Source: Squalus acanthias (lineage: Eukaryota). Taken from it: a stretch of 64,000 bases of DNA. The translations under genes were made by a program, and so were the position numbers. Below the pieces are notes generated by a model. That model made no database searches and was not told the origin of the DNA. It saw nothing but the letters and a program-made list of their open reading frames with translations. Each line of letters begins with the position of its first letter. Position 1 is the stretch's first letter. The DNA is taken from assembly GCA_030390025.1 (NCBI GenBank), contig CM059432.1, positions 5,828,001 to 5,892,000 on the forward strand, in the 5' to 3' direction. Positions 36,900-48,917 of the stretch are shown here, in pieces.

Positions 36900-38618
36900 T
36901 GGCCGAGATATCCATGGTGTCAGCGGGTGGGATCGGTGGCGGGTCGGGTGGGAAAGTGGTTTTATTTTTGACAGCTGGTCGGGAACCCGCTGTCAACCCA
37001 CCTTGCCCAATGTCAGGTCTATCAGCGCTGAGCAGACGGGCAGCGGCGGGCAACCCAATTAAACTCATTAGCATCTAGTTGACAGATGATTAACAGGTTT
37101 TTTTAACTTACCTTTTGACTTTAACTTCATGGCCACGGGAACCACGCTGTTTTGGGACCACGGCTGTCAACCTGAGGCGTGAGTTCAGTGGCCATTGCTC
37201 CAGCTGATTACTTGACAGCTTCAAATGTACAGTCAAAGCTCCCACCTGACAGAGATCACTTTCCTCATCCACAAGCTGTTTCTCAGTCCACTTTCAGCAC
37301 AGATTCTGCAGGCTTTCCATTATCCACTCTCCATCCAGTCTCACCTCATTGGAAGAACTCTCTCACCATTGACAGAATGCCTCTGTCATCTCTACTTCAC
37401 CAGCCATCTATTCCATCAACATGGGTACCCTTTATACTCTCTCACCTTGGTCCTCAGAATCCGACCATGATCAGCCCCAACACCAGCAGCACCAACAACA
37501 CCAACCTTCTCCGCAATCACCTGATGCTGCACAGGACAGAGGGCATCAGCACCCGACCACATTGCTGCCTGGGAGGCCAGGGATGACATCACCATGGCCA
37601 GATTTACTTCACTTGACACTGTACACCCTGGCTGTCACATGATGTATCAGATTGGCACCACCCCACACCAACACCATAAAGCATCCCTATAATGTCCAAG
37701 CCATTCCTTTCACACTCACCACCATTGCGGGGGTACCGTTATGACGCACCATTCACTACAACTGACTAAGCCACTTCCAAAGGTGCACACAAATCTGTCC
37801 AAGAACGCAAAGTGTTGAAAATAAAGGTTTCAATGTTTGACAGCACATTAACAGAAACTTTACATGAATATTTGTTAAAAACCCATGTGGCGACCCTTGT
37901 TTGTTGTTAGTTGGTCTGATTGCAGTAGGATGAGGGTGAGTGTGAGGGGTGGCTAGTGAGTTGGGGATGTGATATTGTAGATAGAGAGGGATGGGTGGAG
38001 GTGCAAGGGAAGTTGGTGCGAGTAAGGATGTGCAGGAGTAGGGTAGGGAAGGCAGAGTGATGGGGATGTGATGAGAGGCACAGCAGGATGAAGGTGAGTG
38101 TGGCTTTGTACTCACGTTTCCTGATCTAATGAGATCATTGAAAGGTTTGCGCCACTGCACCCAGTTCCTCCTGATGATATCCATGCTTGTGACCTCCTCT
38201 GCAATGTGAAACCAGGCTATCTTGGTCTCCTGGGGAGGTCCCTTCCACCTATCGGAAGGGAAGAGGACCTCCCTGCGTGTTTCAACTTCCTCCATAAGCA
38301 TATGGAGGGAGTCATGGGAGAACCTGGGTGCTGTGATTGTCAGTGTTTGCAGCACTTCAGTGTTGTAGAACACCGACAGCACAAATGTCAAAAGAAAGTT
38401 GGCCATGGTCCCTTTAAGGAAATCAGCTGATGACGCATCATGAATGATGTCACCAGACCCGCTTCCTCTAATTGGACCTGGAAACGTGCTGGGCGGGCTT
38501 AACAAGCCCCATCAACGTAAATTCATTTTCCAGAGTGGTATGGAGTTAGCAGCGGGGCTGCGACCCGCCATCGACCCTGGCCGCACCGGACCCGCCGGGG
38601 CAAGGAAAATCTCGGCCC
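36900..38618. mobile_element. Internally deleted PIF/Harbinger transposon with Myb/SANT-like remnant
   Basis: TIRs GGCCGAGATATCC / GGAAAATCTCGGCCC followed by TTA. Minus-strand peptide APRFSHDSLHMLMEEVETRREVLFP..KIAWFHIAEEV..RRNWVQWRKPFNDL at ~38125-38335. Confidence 0.75.
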
Positions 38619-38680
38619 TTATTTCACACTGTGTCTCTGGGGACATTTTAACCCCCCACAGAATGGGCGGGAGAGGGTTA

Positions 38681-39150
38681 AGCTGTGGCTCAGGTGGTAG
38701 CATACTCACCTCTGAGTCAGTAGGTTATGGGTTCAAGTCCCACTCCAGGGACTTGCACACATAAAGCAAGGCTAACACTCCAGTGCAGTACTGAGGGAGT
38801 GCTGCACTGTCGGAGGTGCCGTCTTTCGGATGAGACGTTAAACCGAGGCCCCGTATGCTCTCTCAGATGGACGTAAAAGATCCCATGGCACTATTTCGAA
38901 GAAGAGCAGGGGAGTTATCCCCGGGGTCCTGGCCAATATTTATCCCGCAATCAACATCACTAAAACAGATTATCTGGTCATTATCACATTGCTGTTTGTG
39001 GGAGCTTGCTGTGTACAAATTGGCTGCCGCGTTTCCCACATTACAACAGTGACTCCACTTCAAAAGTACTTCATTGGCTGTAAAGCGCTTTGAGACATCC
39101 GGTGGTCGTGAAAGACGCTATAGAAATGCAAATCTTTCTTTTTTTTCTTT
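38681..39150 (+). mobile_element. DeuSINE, full length
   Basis: Head, core and tail. Confidence 0.9.
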
Positions 39151-39440
39151 TTAAATTTTTTTAAATGGGAAACCCGACTCCAACCCGGCCTCTGACTCTC
39201 TCCCCTCTTCCCCGTGATTATCGGGGCCTCTGTGTCTCTCGCTCTCTATGGATTAAGTTTCCCTGTGATTTCAGCATCACTTCACACAGCCCGGCTGAAA
39301 TTCAGAATACGCCATTTAAAAGCCAACATGTGCCACACTGAAGTATTAACATCGACTTCAACAACAAGAGAATTTAACATAAAAAAAACATTCCACGGTG
39401 CTTCACAGGGGTCTACTGCTCTCCGGCATGGCTATCAATA

Positions 39441-39659
39441 AGAACATAAGAATTAGGAGCAGCCCCTCGAGCCTGCTCCGACATTCAATAAGATCATGGC
39501 TGATCTTCGAAGTCAACTCCACTTTCCTGCTCGATCCCCATATCCCTTGATTCCTCTAGAGTTCAAAAATCTATTTATCTCAGCCTTGAATATACTCAAC
39601 GACTGAGCACCCACAGCTCCTTGGGGCAGAGAATTCCAAAGATTCACAACCCTCTGAGT
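39441..39659 (-). mobile_element. CR1 3' fragment
   Basis: AAGAACATAAGAA tail, GAATTCCAAAGATTCACAACCCTCTGAGT. Confidence 0.85.
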
Positions 39660-40285
39660 CAAGCTGGCATGTCAAATCCGTTGATGTCCAGCTGAATTCT
39701 ACTATGAGAATTATGACCGGTACGCTTTTATCGACACCAACACCTTGACTGCCCATGCTTGCAAACATCATACCACCACACCTATGTCGCGAATATGCAA
39801 TCTCCAGAGAATACAACCGCTACACCAGCAAAGACATGCTGATCCAGGCCGACTTGAACAACCTACCACCAACATGTCTCAAATCTAGAAGGCCATTCTG
39901 GACCGTCGCCGAAGCCTTCACGATCTCCCTTCAGCCTTGATGACCGATGCTGAAATGCTTGGAAGAACTGTGACATACCGAATGGATTCCTTGTAGAGGA
40001 CCCCACAGTACATCCTGAAGGATCAAACCTTCCTCGCAAACAGTGGACAACCATCAACCGCCTCAGAACCGGTCATGGTAGATGCTGCCACCTTCTCCAT
40101 AGATGGAAGATTAAAGCATCCCCATCATGCGACTGTGGCGCTCCTAATCAGACTCTTGAGCACATCATTGAGCACTGCCCTCAGAGGAAATTCACAGGCA
40201 GCCTACAAGATATCCATGCTGTTACACAGGAAGCTTTCACCTGGCTATCTGACTTGGATATTGACATTTGATTTGCTTTGCTACT
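39660..40285 (+). mobile_element. Vingi/Ingi-type LINE 3' fragment
   Basis: LANIIPPHL..LKSRRPFW..LPRKQWTTINRLRTGHGRC..WKIKASPSCDCGAPNQTLEHIIEHCP, then a stop at ~40271 and a very short 3' UTR. Confidence 0.8.
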
Positions 40286-40364
40286 AACATAAGAAAGAAC
40301 AGGAGACAGGGGCATAAAAACAGCTGATCTAAAGAAGGCGATAGTAGGAAGGGTCCCCAAAGAA

Positions 40365-40625
40365 TTGTCAAAGAGTTGGGTTTTAAGTAGTGTCTTAAAG
40401 GGGGAGATTGAGGTGGAAGGGCAAAGGGGTTTCAGGAGGGAATTCCAAAGCGTGGGGCTGAGGCAGCTATAGGCACAACTACCAATGGTGGGGTGAAGGG
40501 AGAGGACAAGAGGGCAGAATAAGAGGAGCGGAGGGTTTAAGAGGCTTGTAGGACTGGAAATTTTGCAGAGATAGGGAGGGGCAAGGCCATGGAGGGATTT
40601 AAACACAAGGTATGAGAATTTTAAA
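40365..40625 (-). mobile_element. Degenerate L2 3' fragment
   Basis: FKSLHGLAPPYL..LWNSL..FKTLLKT. Confidence 0.8.
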
Positions 40626-40764
40626 TCTGAAGCATTGCGGGGCTTGGAATCAATGCAGATCTTTTGGGCTTCTCATAATGGGAGAATGCACACCTCAACC
40701 CTGTGATTTTCTGTCCATTAGTTTTAATGGAAATCACAGACTGCAGGTATGCAATTTCCTGATA

Positions 40765-43243
40765 CCATAGAAGACACTAAAAGCATCCCAATAATAATGG
40801 AAAATCAAGGGGCAAAAGGGAGGGAGGAACTTAAAACAATCACTATCACTAGAGAAAAAGTGCTCGGCAAACTAATGGGTCTAAAGGCTGACAAGTCCCC
40901 TGGACCTGATGGCCTGCATCCTAGGGTCTTAAAAGAAGTGGCTGCAGAGGTAGTGGATGCATTGGTTGGAATCTTCCAAAATTCCCTAGACTCTGGAAAG
41001 GTCCCAGCGGATTGGAAAACCGCAAATGTAATGCCCATATTCAAGAAAGGAGGGAGACAGAAAGCAGGAAACTATAGGCCAGTTCGCCTAACATCTGTCA
41101 TTGGGAAAATGCTGGAATCCATTATTAAGGAAGTAGTAGCAGGGTATTTAGAAAATCATAATACAATCAAGCAGAGTCAACATGGTTTTATGAAAGGGAA
41201 ATCGTGTTTGACAAATTTATTAGAGTTCTTTGAGGATGTAACGAGCGGGGTGGATAAAGGGGGAACCAGTAGATGTCGTGTATTTGGATTTCCAAAAGAC
41301 ATTCGATAAGGTGCCACACAAAAGATAAGAGCTCATGGTGTTGGGGGTAATATATTAGCATGGACAGAGGATTGCTAACTAACAGAAAACAGAGAGTAGG
41401 GATAAATGGGTCATTTTCAGGTTGGCAATCTGTAACTGGTGGGGTGCCACAGGGATCAGTGCTGGGGTTTCAACTATTTACAATCTATATTAATGACTTG
41501 GATGAAGGGACAAAGTGTACTGTAGCCAAATTGGCTGACAATACAAAGATAGGTTAGCAAGTTGTGAGGAGGACACAAAGGGCTGGATTTTGAATCTGGG
41601 GTCGGGTTGGGGTCGGGAATCACACATTCTGGCTTGTGAACCCGCCTCCATCGAGATGTGGCCAACCCACTGTATTTTCCCTTGATTGACCTTGTTGAGC
41701 CCGCCCAGTGAGCTCAGCAGGCCAATTAAGGGCCACCCGGCAACAGGTGACATCACAGATTGACATTTCATCTGTCAAGAGCTTTTGACAGATGAAATAT
41801 CAGCGTTTGACAGCTCTGTGAAGCTGTAAAACACTCACAAATGATTTCTAACTTCAGTCCTTCCTCTCAGGCTGAGTTAGAAATCATTCCACCACAGAAA
41901 ACAGAAGGCTGCAGTTTTTGACAGGTCCACGGCTTTCCTGCTTTCTGTGCCGGTGAGATTTCTAACTCCCGAGAACTTAAGGGCTGACACCTGCAGGAGG
42001 AAGTTAAGGTAAGTAAAACTTTTTCCAACACTTAGCACTTACCTTACACACTTACCTCTGCACACATGCACCCATCACTCACCTGCCCACCGGACATATC
42101 GACCCCTCCAACCCCTGCAGACCCACGGCCCGCCCCGATAACTTGGCGTGGTTGCCACCTGTTGGGAAGCCCACACTTTTCTTTTTAAAACAGGGATTAT
42201 GCAAAAAACTGCCTGTTAACTACCTGTTAACAGGCAGTTAATTGTCACTAATCCCTTCCTGCCTCGGGAAGTCGGGTCTCAGAACAGGTCGGGTACCCGC
42301 CGCCAGAGAAACTGGCATGGAGGCGGGATGGGGTCGGGACCCCCGAATCTGCAACTTTAACCACACCCCCTCCCGCCTCCAAACCCGACTCCACGGGTCA
42401 TTGAAAATCCAGCCCAAAGAGTCTGCAAAGGGATATAGATAGGTTAAGTGAGTGGGCAAAAATTTGGCAGATGGAGTATAATGTGGGAAAATGCGAGGTT
42501 ATCCACTTTGGTAGGAAGAATAGAAAAGCAAAATATTATTTAAATGGAGACTACAGAATGCTGCGGTACAGAGGGATCTGGGTGTCCTCGTACATGAAAC
42601 ACAAAAAGTTAGCATGCAGTTACAGCAAGTAATTAGGAAGGCAAATGGCATGCTGGCCTTTATTGCAAGGGGGATGGAGTATAAAAGTAGGGAAGTCTTG
42701 CTACAACTGTACAGGGCGTTGGTGAGACCACACCTGGAGTACTGCGTACAGTTTTGGTCTCCTTATTTAAGGAGGGATATACTTGCACTGGAGGCAGTTC
42801 AGAGAAGGTTCACGAGGTTGATTCCTGGAATGAAGGGGTTGTCTTATGAGGGCAGGTTGGGCCTATACTCATTGGAGTTTAGAACAATGAGAGGTGATCT
42901 TATTGAAACATAAGATTCTGAGAGGATGTTTCCCCTCATGGGGGAATCTAGAACTAGGGGCATGGTTTCAGAATAAGGGGTCGCCCATTTAAGACGCCGA
43001 TGAGGAGGAATTTCTTCTCTCAAGAGGGTCGTGAATCTTTGGAATTCTCTACCCCAATGTGGAGGCTGTCATTGAATATATTCAAGGAGGAGATAGACAG
43101 ATATTTGAGTCAAGGGTTATGGGGAACAGGCAGAAAAGGGGAGTTGAGGCCAAGATAAGATCAGCCATGATCTTATTGAATGGCGGAGCAGGCTCGAGGG
43201 ACCGAATGGCCTACTCCTGCTCCTATTTCTTATGTCCTTATGA
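40765..43243 (+). mobile_element. 5'-truncated CR1 interrupted by a MITE
   Basis: [45 protein letters not shown], tail. Confidence 0.92.
41580..42415. mobile_element. 836-bp Harbinger-type MITE
   Basis: TIR GGGCTGGATTTT(G/C)AAT; 3-bp TSD AAA (41577-41579, 42416-42418); host CR1 rejoins across it. Confidence 0.85.
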
Positions 43244-44065
43244 TATGCATGTTTAGTTTGCACTGAGAGCACAGAAGTGGTAAATTTGCCACTAGATACT
43301 TTGAGGCGGGAACGTAAAGAGAAATGCCGATAATGGGGAAAGCAGTGGGGGGTGGGCACATATCTGAAGGTGCAAAAGGGTTGCAGATGAATCGAAAAAG
43401 TAGGCTGATGGGTGGGGATGCGGTGGTAAGAAGGTAACTTGATGGTCCAAAGGGAAGACGGCAATTCGGGTCCCATTCTCCTGAGATTTCTTCAAAAAGG
43501 CAGCTAGACAATGCTCCCTTCAAATACTTACCAGATCCAAGCAAACTCTTCAAGCCTCCCAAGTGCACCAAAATCCATCCCCAGTCCAGCTGCACCACAG
43601 GATCACCTTGTCAGACAGTCTCAAAGCCCATTGCCAGATCCCAGGACCCCATCCGTGTTCACAAACCCTTAAATTGCATTTCCAGTGCTTCCTGATCCCA
43701 TGACCAGCCCAATTCTCCCAGATCCAAGAACCTCTCTTCCAGTGATCCTAGAGTCTAAGACCCACTCCAATGTTTCTGGAACCTCACTTTCCAATGTTTC
43801 CCAAAACCCCCATGGAGTTTTCCTAGTCCCCGAGAACCCCTCAAAGTACTGCTAACCCACAGACCCTGCCCAATACTGCCAGACCCAAGGCTCCTTCCCA
43901 GTGCTCCCAGAGCCACCCCAATGCTGAAAAGTCAGTGTCCCTGGTAATACTAATTGACGTAACACCCTTATTCATATAAAACCTCCAAATTTCCATGAGC
44001 AACACCATGGGTGTTACGCTAGTATTGGAAAACATTTTGACATGCTGGTATTCATTTTGCCAATT

Positions 44066-44546
44066 TTGTCAGCTGTGGTTCAGCTGGAAGCACCCTTGAC
44101 TCTGAGTCAGACGGTTGTGGGTTCAAGTCTGACTCCAGAGACTTGAGCGCAAAAATCTAGGCTGACACTCCAGTGCAGTACTGAGGGAACGCTGCACTGT
44201 CGGAGGTGCCATCTTTTGGATGAGACGTTAAACCGAGGCCTCGTCTGCCCTCTCAGCTGGACGTTAAAGATCCCATGGCACTATTTTCGAAGAAGAGAAG
44301 GGGATTTATCCCCGGTGTCCTGGCCAATATTTAGCCCTCGATCTACATCACTAAAACACAGACTATCTGCTCATTATCACATTGCTGTTTGTGGGAGCTT
44401 GCTGTGTGCAAATTGGCTGCCACATTTCCTACATTACAACAGTGACTGCACTTCAAAATGTACTTCATTGACTGTAAAGCGCTTTGGGACATCGGTGGTC
44501 GTGAAAGACGCTGTTTAAATGCAAGTCTTTCTTTCTTCTTTCTTTC
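44066..44546 (+). mobile_element. DeuSINE, full length
   Basis: Head, core and tail. Confidence 0.9.
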
Positions 44547-45425
44547 TGATCATTGAGTGCTTTTTAGTTTGGAGGATTTGTAGAGCTCTGCAAGGGAGCT
44601 GTATTAATGTCAACATGCAAGAAGCATAGAGCTACAAAGCAAAGGTATTGTGAACCACAAATGAAAATGCGTGAGGAAAAGTGTTTTGTTGAGGTCGGCA
44701 TCACGTCTAGGTTGAGAACCCACATTTTGTCTTTACTTGGGTGAGAGGAATATGGATTCCTGCTCAATTGAAATCACCAAATAGCTACTGTAAGGATAGA
44801 AAATTAGCTTAAGAGATGCAAAACGGAAACAAAATTCCTTCCACATTGAGCCACTATTCACTTCAGGAATGAATCTTGGCATCAGGATGGAAAAGGCTGT
44901 ATTTTAACAGCAGCATGTGTGACAACAGTAACACTAAACTTGAAATGTTGCCACTGCTTGTTTATTTTGCAATGCATTCTGACTGGTTACAGTGGTTGAA
45001 ACTTTTTTATTTGAGAGAAAACAGAAACAAAAACAGCAGAAAAAGGGCTAACTTAAAGGAAGGAAATCCTGGGAGAACTGTACCATTATTCAAGTGAGAT
45101 GGGGAGCTGCTGATAAAAAGTTCTGAATTTAGACATGTTATATAAGTAGAATTTGTGGTTTTTAACATTAAGTACTGCTTCAAAGCTAAAGAATGAAAGA
45201 TGCAAATTCTTTCCTTAAATTTTTGATTTATATCGTTATAAAAATCCACTCCTTAACCAGATAGAAAGATCTGCTTATTCAATATTTATCAGTCAGCCTG
45301 ATATATTCAATCTCCTTCCTCGTTAAGATTTGAAAGGCATTATAATTTGTATTTTGCTCCTAACACTATTTAGTGATTCTAGCTGCAAAGAAAGCATACA
45401 AGATGATCATGCAAGGTAGACAAAG

Positions 45426-45965
45426 TGGCCCATAATTTGCGGTCAGCAGTGACGCAAAGGCGTTCGCCGCTGACCCCGAAGTAAGCGTCCCACAAAGATC
45501 TCGCGACCTCTGTGGCGAGAAGTTCGGCTTTTCCGACGTTCAGTTGAGATCAGTGTAAGTTAATGAGGAATTCCTAACGCGAGCTGCTGTGACGTCAACA
45601 AGCTGTCTAAGCAGCCAATCATAATGTAGAATTCTCACAGACAGAGAACCAGGAAGTGAGTAAGCTCCTTTTATTCGAACTTCTTAAAAGTGTTAGAGAG
45701 AGCAAAACAAAGATTGGGGCTCTCACATGGGGAAAAGGCAAACCTGAAATAAAGATGAACAAACTTTAAAAAAAATATTACTTATTTTAAAGTTTCTTAA
45801 AAATTGTAATTTTTATTAAAAATCAATAAATTTGACACTCCACAAAATTCAAATTAGTTTTTCAGGGCCATAACATTTGTTTAGCAGTCAATATGCTGTT
45901 AAAACCCCAGTTATACCTAATCCAAAAAGGTCTCATTTATAATGGGATATTTAACAGCGATAAAT
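45426..45965. mobile_element. Non-autonomous DNA transposon (29600 family), probably continuing at 47771-47970
   Basis: Inverse similarity to 29600-30161; interrupted by CR1. Confidence 0.55.
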
Positions 45966-45967
45966 AA

Positions 45968-47770
45968 TAAACGGCCAGTAAGAGGAGGGGTCGGACCAAT
46001 TAGGGACCAAAAAAAAAGACCTACGCATGGAGGCAGAGGGCATGGCTGAGGTACTAAATGAGTACTTTGCATCTGTCTCCACCAAGAAAGAAGATGCTGC
46101 CAAAGTCATAGTGAAAGAGGAGGTAGTGGAGATACTGGATGGGATAAAAATTGATACAGAGGAGGTACTAAAAAGGTTGGCTGTAGTTAAAGTAGATAAG
46201 TCACTAGGACCGGATGGGATCCATCCGGATGCTAAGGGAAGTTAAGGTGGAAATCACGGAGGTACTGGCCATAATCTTCCAATCCTTCTTAGATGCAGGA
46301 GTGGTGCCAGAGGACTAAAGAATTGCAAATGTTACACACTTTTTTGAACAAGGGTGTAAGGATAAACCCAGCAATGACAGGCCAGTCAGTTTAACCTTGG
46401 TAGTGGGGAAGCTTTTAGAAACGATAATCAGGGACAAAATTAACAATCACTTGGACAAGTGTGGATTAATTAAGGGAAGTCAGCACGGATTTGTTAAAGG
46501 CAAATCGTGTTTAACTAACTTGATCGGATTTTTTTATGCAGTAACAGAGGGTTGATGAGAGCAATGCAGTTGACGTGGTGAACATGGACTTCCAAAAGGC
46601 ATTTGATAAAGTGCCACATAATAGGCTTGCCAGCAAAGTTGAAGCCCATGGAATAAAAGGGACAGTGGCAGCATGGATTCGAAATGGGCTAAATGATAGG
46701 AAACAGAGAGCAGTGGTGAACGGTTGTTTTTCGGACTGGAGGATGGTATACAGTGGTGTTCCCCAGGGGTCGGTACTGGGACCACTGCTTTTCTTGATAT
46801 ATATTAATGACTTGGACTTGGGTGTACAGGGCATTATTTCAAAATTTGCAGATGACACAAAATTTGGAAGTATAGTGAACAGTGAGGAGGAGAGTGATAG
46901 ACTTCAGGAGGACATAGACAGGCTGGTGAAATGGGTGGACACGTGGCAGCTGAAATTTAACGCAGAAAATTGCGAAGTGATACATTTTGGTAGGAAGAAC
47001 AAGGAGAGGCAATATAAAGTAAAGGGTACAATCCTAAAGGTGGTGCATGAACAGAGAGACCTGGGGGTATATGTGCACAAATGGTTGAAGGTGGCAGGGC
47101 AGGTTGAGAAAGTGGTTAAAAAAGCATACGGGACACGGCCTTTATAAACAGAGGCACAGAGTACAAAAGCAGGCAAGTTATGAACCACCTTTATAAAATG
47201 CAGGTTCGGCCTCAACTGGAGTATTGTATTCAATTCTGGGCACCCCACTTTAGGAAGGATGTGAAAGCCTTAGAGAGGGTGCAGAAAAGATTTACGAGCA
47301 TGGTTCCAGGGATGAGGGACTTCAATTGCGTGGATAGATTAGAGAAGCTGGATTTGTTCTCCTTGGAGCACAGAAGGTTGAGAGGAGATTTGATAGAGGT
47401 GTTCAAAATCATGAGAGGTCCAGACAGAGTAGATAGGGAGAAACTGTTCCATTGGTGGAAGGGTCGAGAACCAGAGGACACAGGTTTAAGGTGATTGGAA
47501 AAAGAACCAAAGGCGACATGAGGAAAAACTATTTTACGCAGCGAGTGGTTAGGATCTGGAATACACTGTCTGACAGGGTGGTGGAGGCAGACTCAATCGT
47601 GACTTTCAAAAGGGAATTGGATAAGTACCTGAAGGAAAAACATTTGCAGGGCTATGGGGAAAGGGTGGGGGGAGTGGGACTAGCTGAAGTGCTCTTGCAG
47701 AGAGCCGGCACAGGCTCGACGGGCCAAATGGCCTCCTTCTGTGCTATAACCATTCTATGATTCTATGATT
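45968..47770 (+). mobile_element. 5'-truncated CR1
   Basis: VLNEYFASV, DFQKAFDKVPH, KFADD, ATTCTATGATTCTATGATT tail. Confidence 0.93.
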
Positions 47771-48917
47771 GTACCGTGGAAAAGCCAAAGTTTTCATCAG
47801 TTTCCCTGATTGCCGGCTGTGGGGGGGGGGAGCTGGGGCCAGTGTCGGAGCAGTGAATGACTGACCACGACTTCAGGATTTCCGCGTTAGGATGCGCAAG
47901 CGCTAAATCCTGAAGTCAGTTTCAAATGGGGTAATAACAGCGAACGCTGTTCATTCGCTGTTATTACCCATCTCTAGAATTGAAAGAAAAACTTGGATAA
48001 ATTAGCAAACCAAAACCTCGCTCATATGCTTCAGTTTGTGTGAGAGGTCAGGCAAGTGGAAATGTTCACATTATAGCTTTTGGTTTGTTGAGGAAAATAC
48101 CTATTTTCTAAATAGTTTACATATTTGAGATCTGCGCTGATGACTGCTGCAATTAAAGCACTTCTGCAGTAAATAAAAGTTGTTTTTAACCACAACCAGC
48201 TGAGTTTCATTTGTGTGTGCGTGCGTGCATTATTAAAGAGAGAGAGAGAGAGGGAGAAAACCTCTCTGCTCCCTATCGTAACTCAAATATAACCACCAAT
48301 TTAAAAACATCAATAGCTTAACAAGAAGAAATGATAGTACGTGATATTTATCCAATGATGAGACGCGATGTCCCAATGCATTTGCAATAATATTTTCATG
48401 CATTAATGGCTCTTGAAGCAGTCTATCAGGTCCTGTAGCTGGACAACACCATATACAATTGAACCCCAGCAAATCTTCTTACAAATAGTTGCTTCCAGTA
48501 ACTGAAAGGTAAATACATAATATCATTCAACAATCTGGCATAATAGACGGGTAGTACTAAGCTACAAGGTAGTAACTCAATCAAACAGTTCCAATAATAT
48601 CAAACTGTCAAAGTCCGAGCAATTTATGGATGTCAAACAGAAACCTGAAACAATACGATATTATATGATGCGTTATTCCTTTATATCGTAAATCAACAAG
48701 ACTCCCAAGGGCTTTTCAATCCCAGATTATTGGTAAACATAATGGGCCAGGAATTGCTGGCAAGTCGCTAAAAGTTTGTTGTTGTCGTGAGGCCCCTCAC
48801 TGAACTTAATGGTGATCGTGAATTTCATGGTGGATTTACAACATGATGATGAATTATTTCTGCTGCAGCCATTTAGGGCTGGTAATTAATGTCGTAGACT
48901 AGGACCCTGGTAATGAC

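Noticed and set aside
37756..38505. 249-aa ORF as a host MSANTD-like gene
   Set aside because: It is bounded by Harbinger TIRs, only about 70 aa look domain-like, and the rest is low-complexity read-through.
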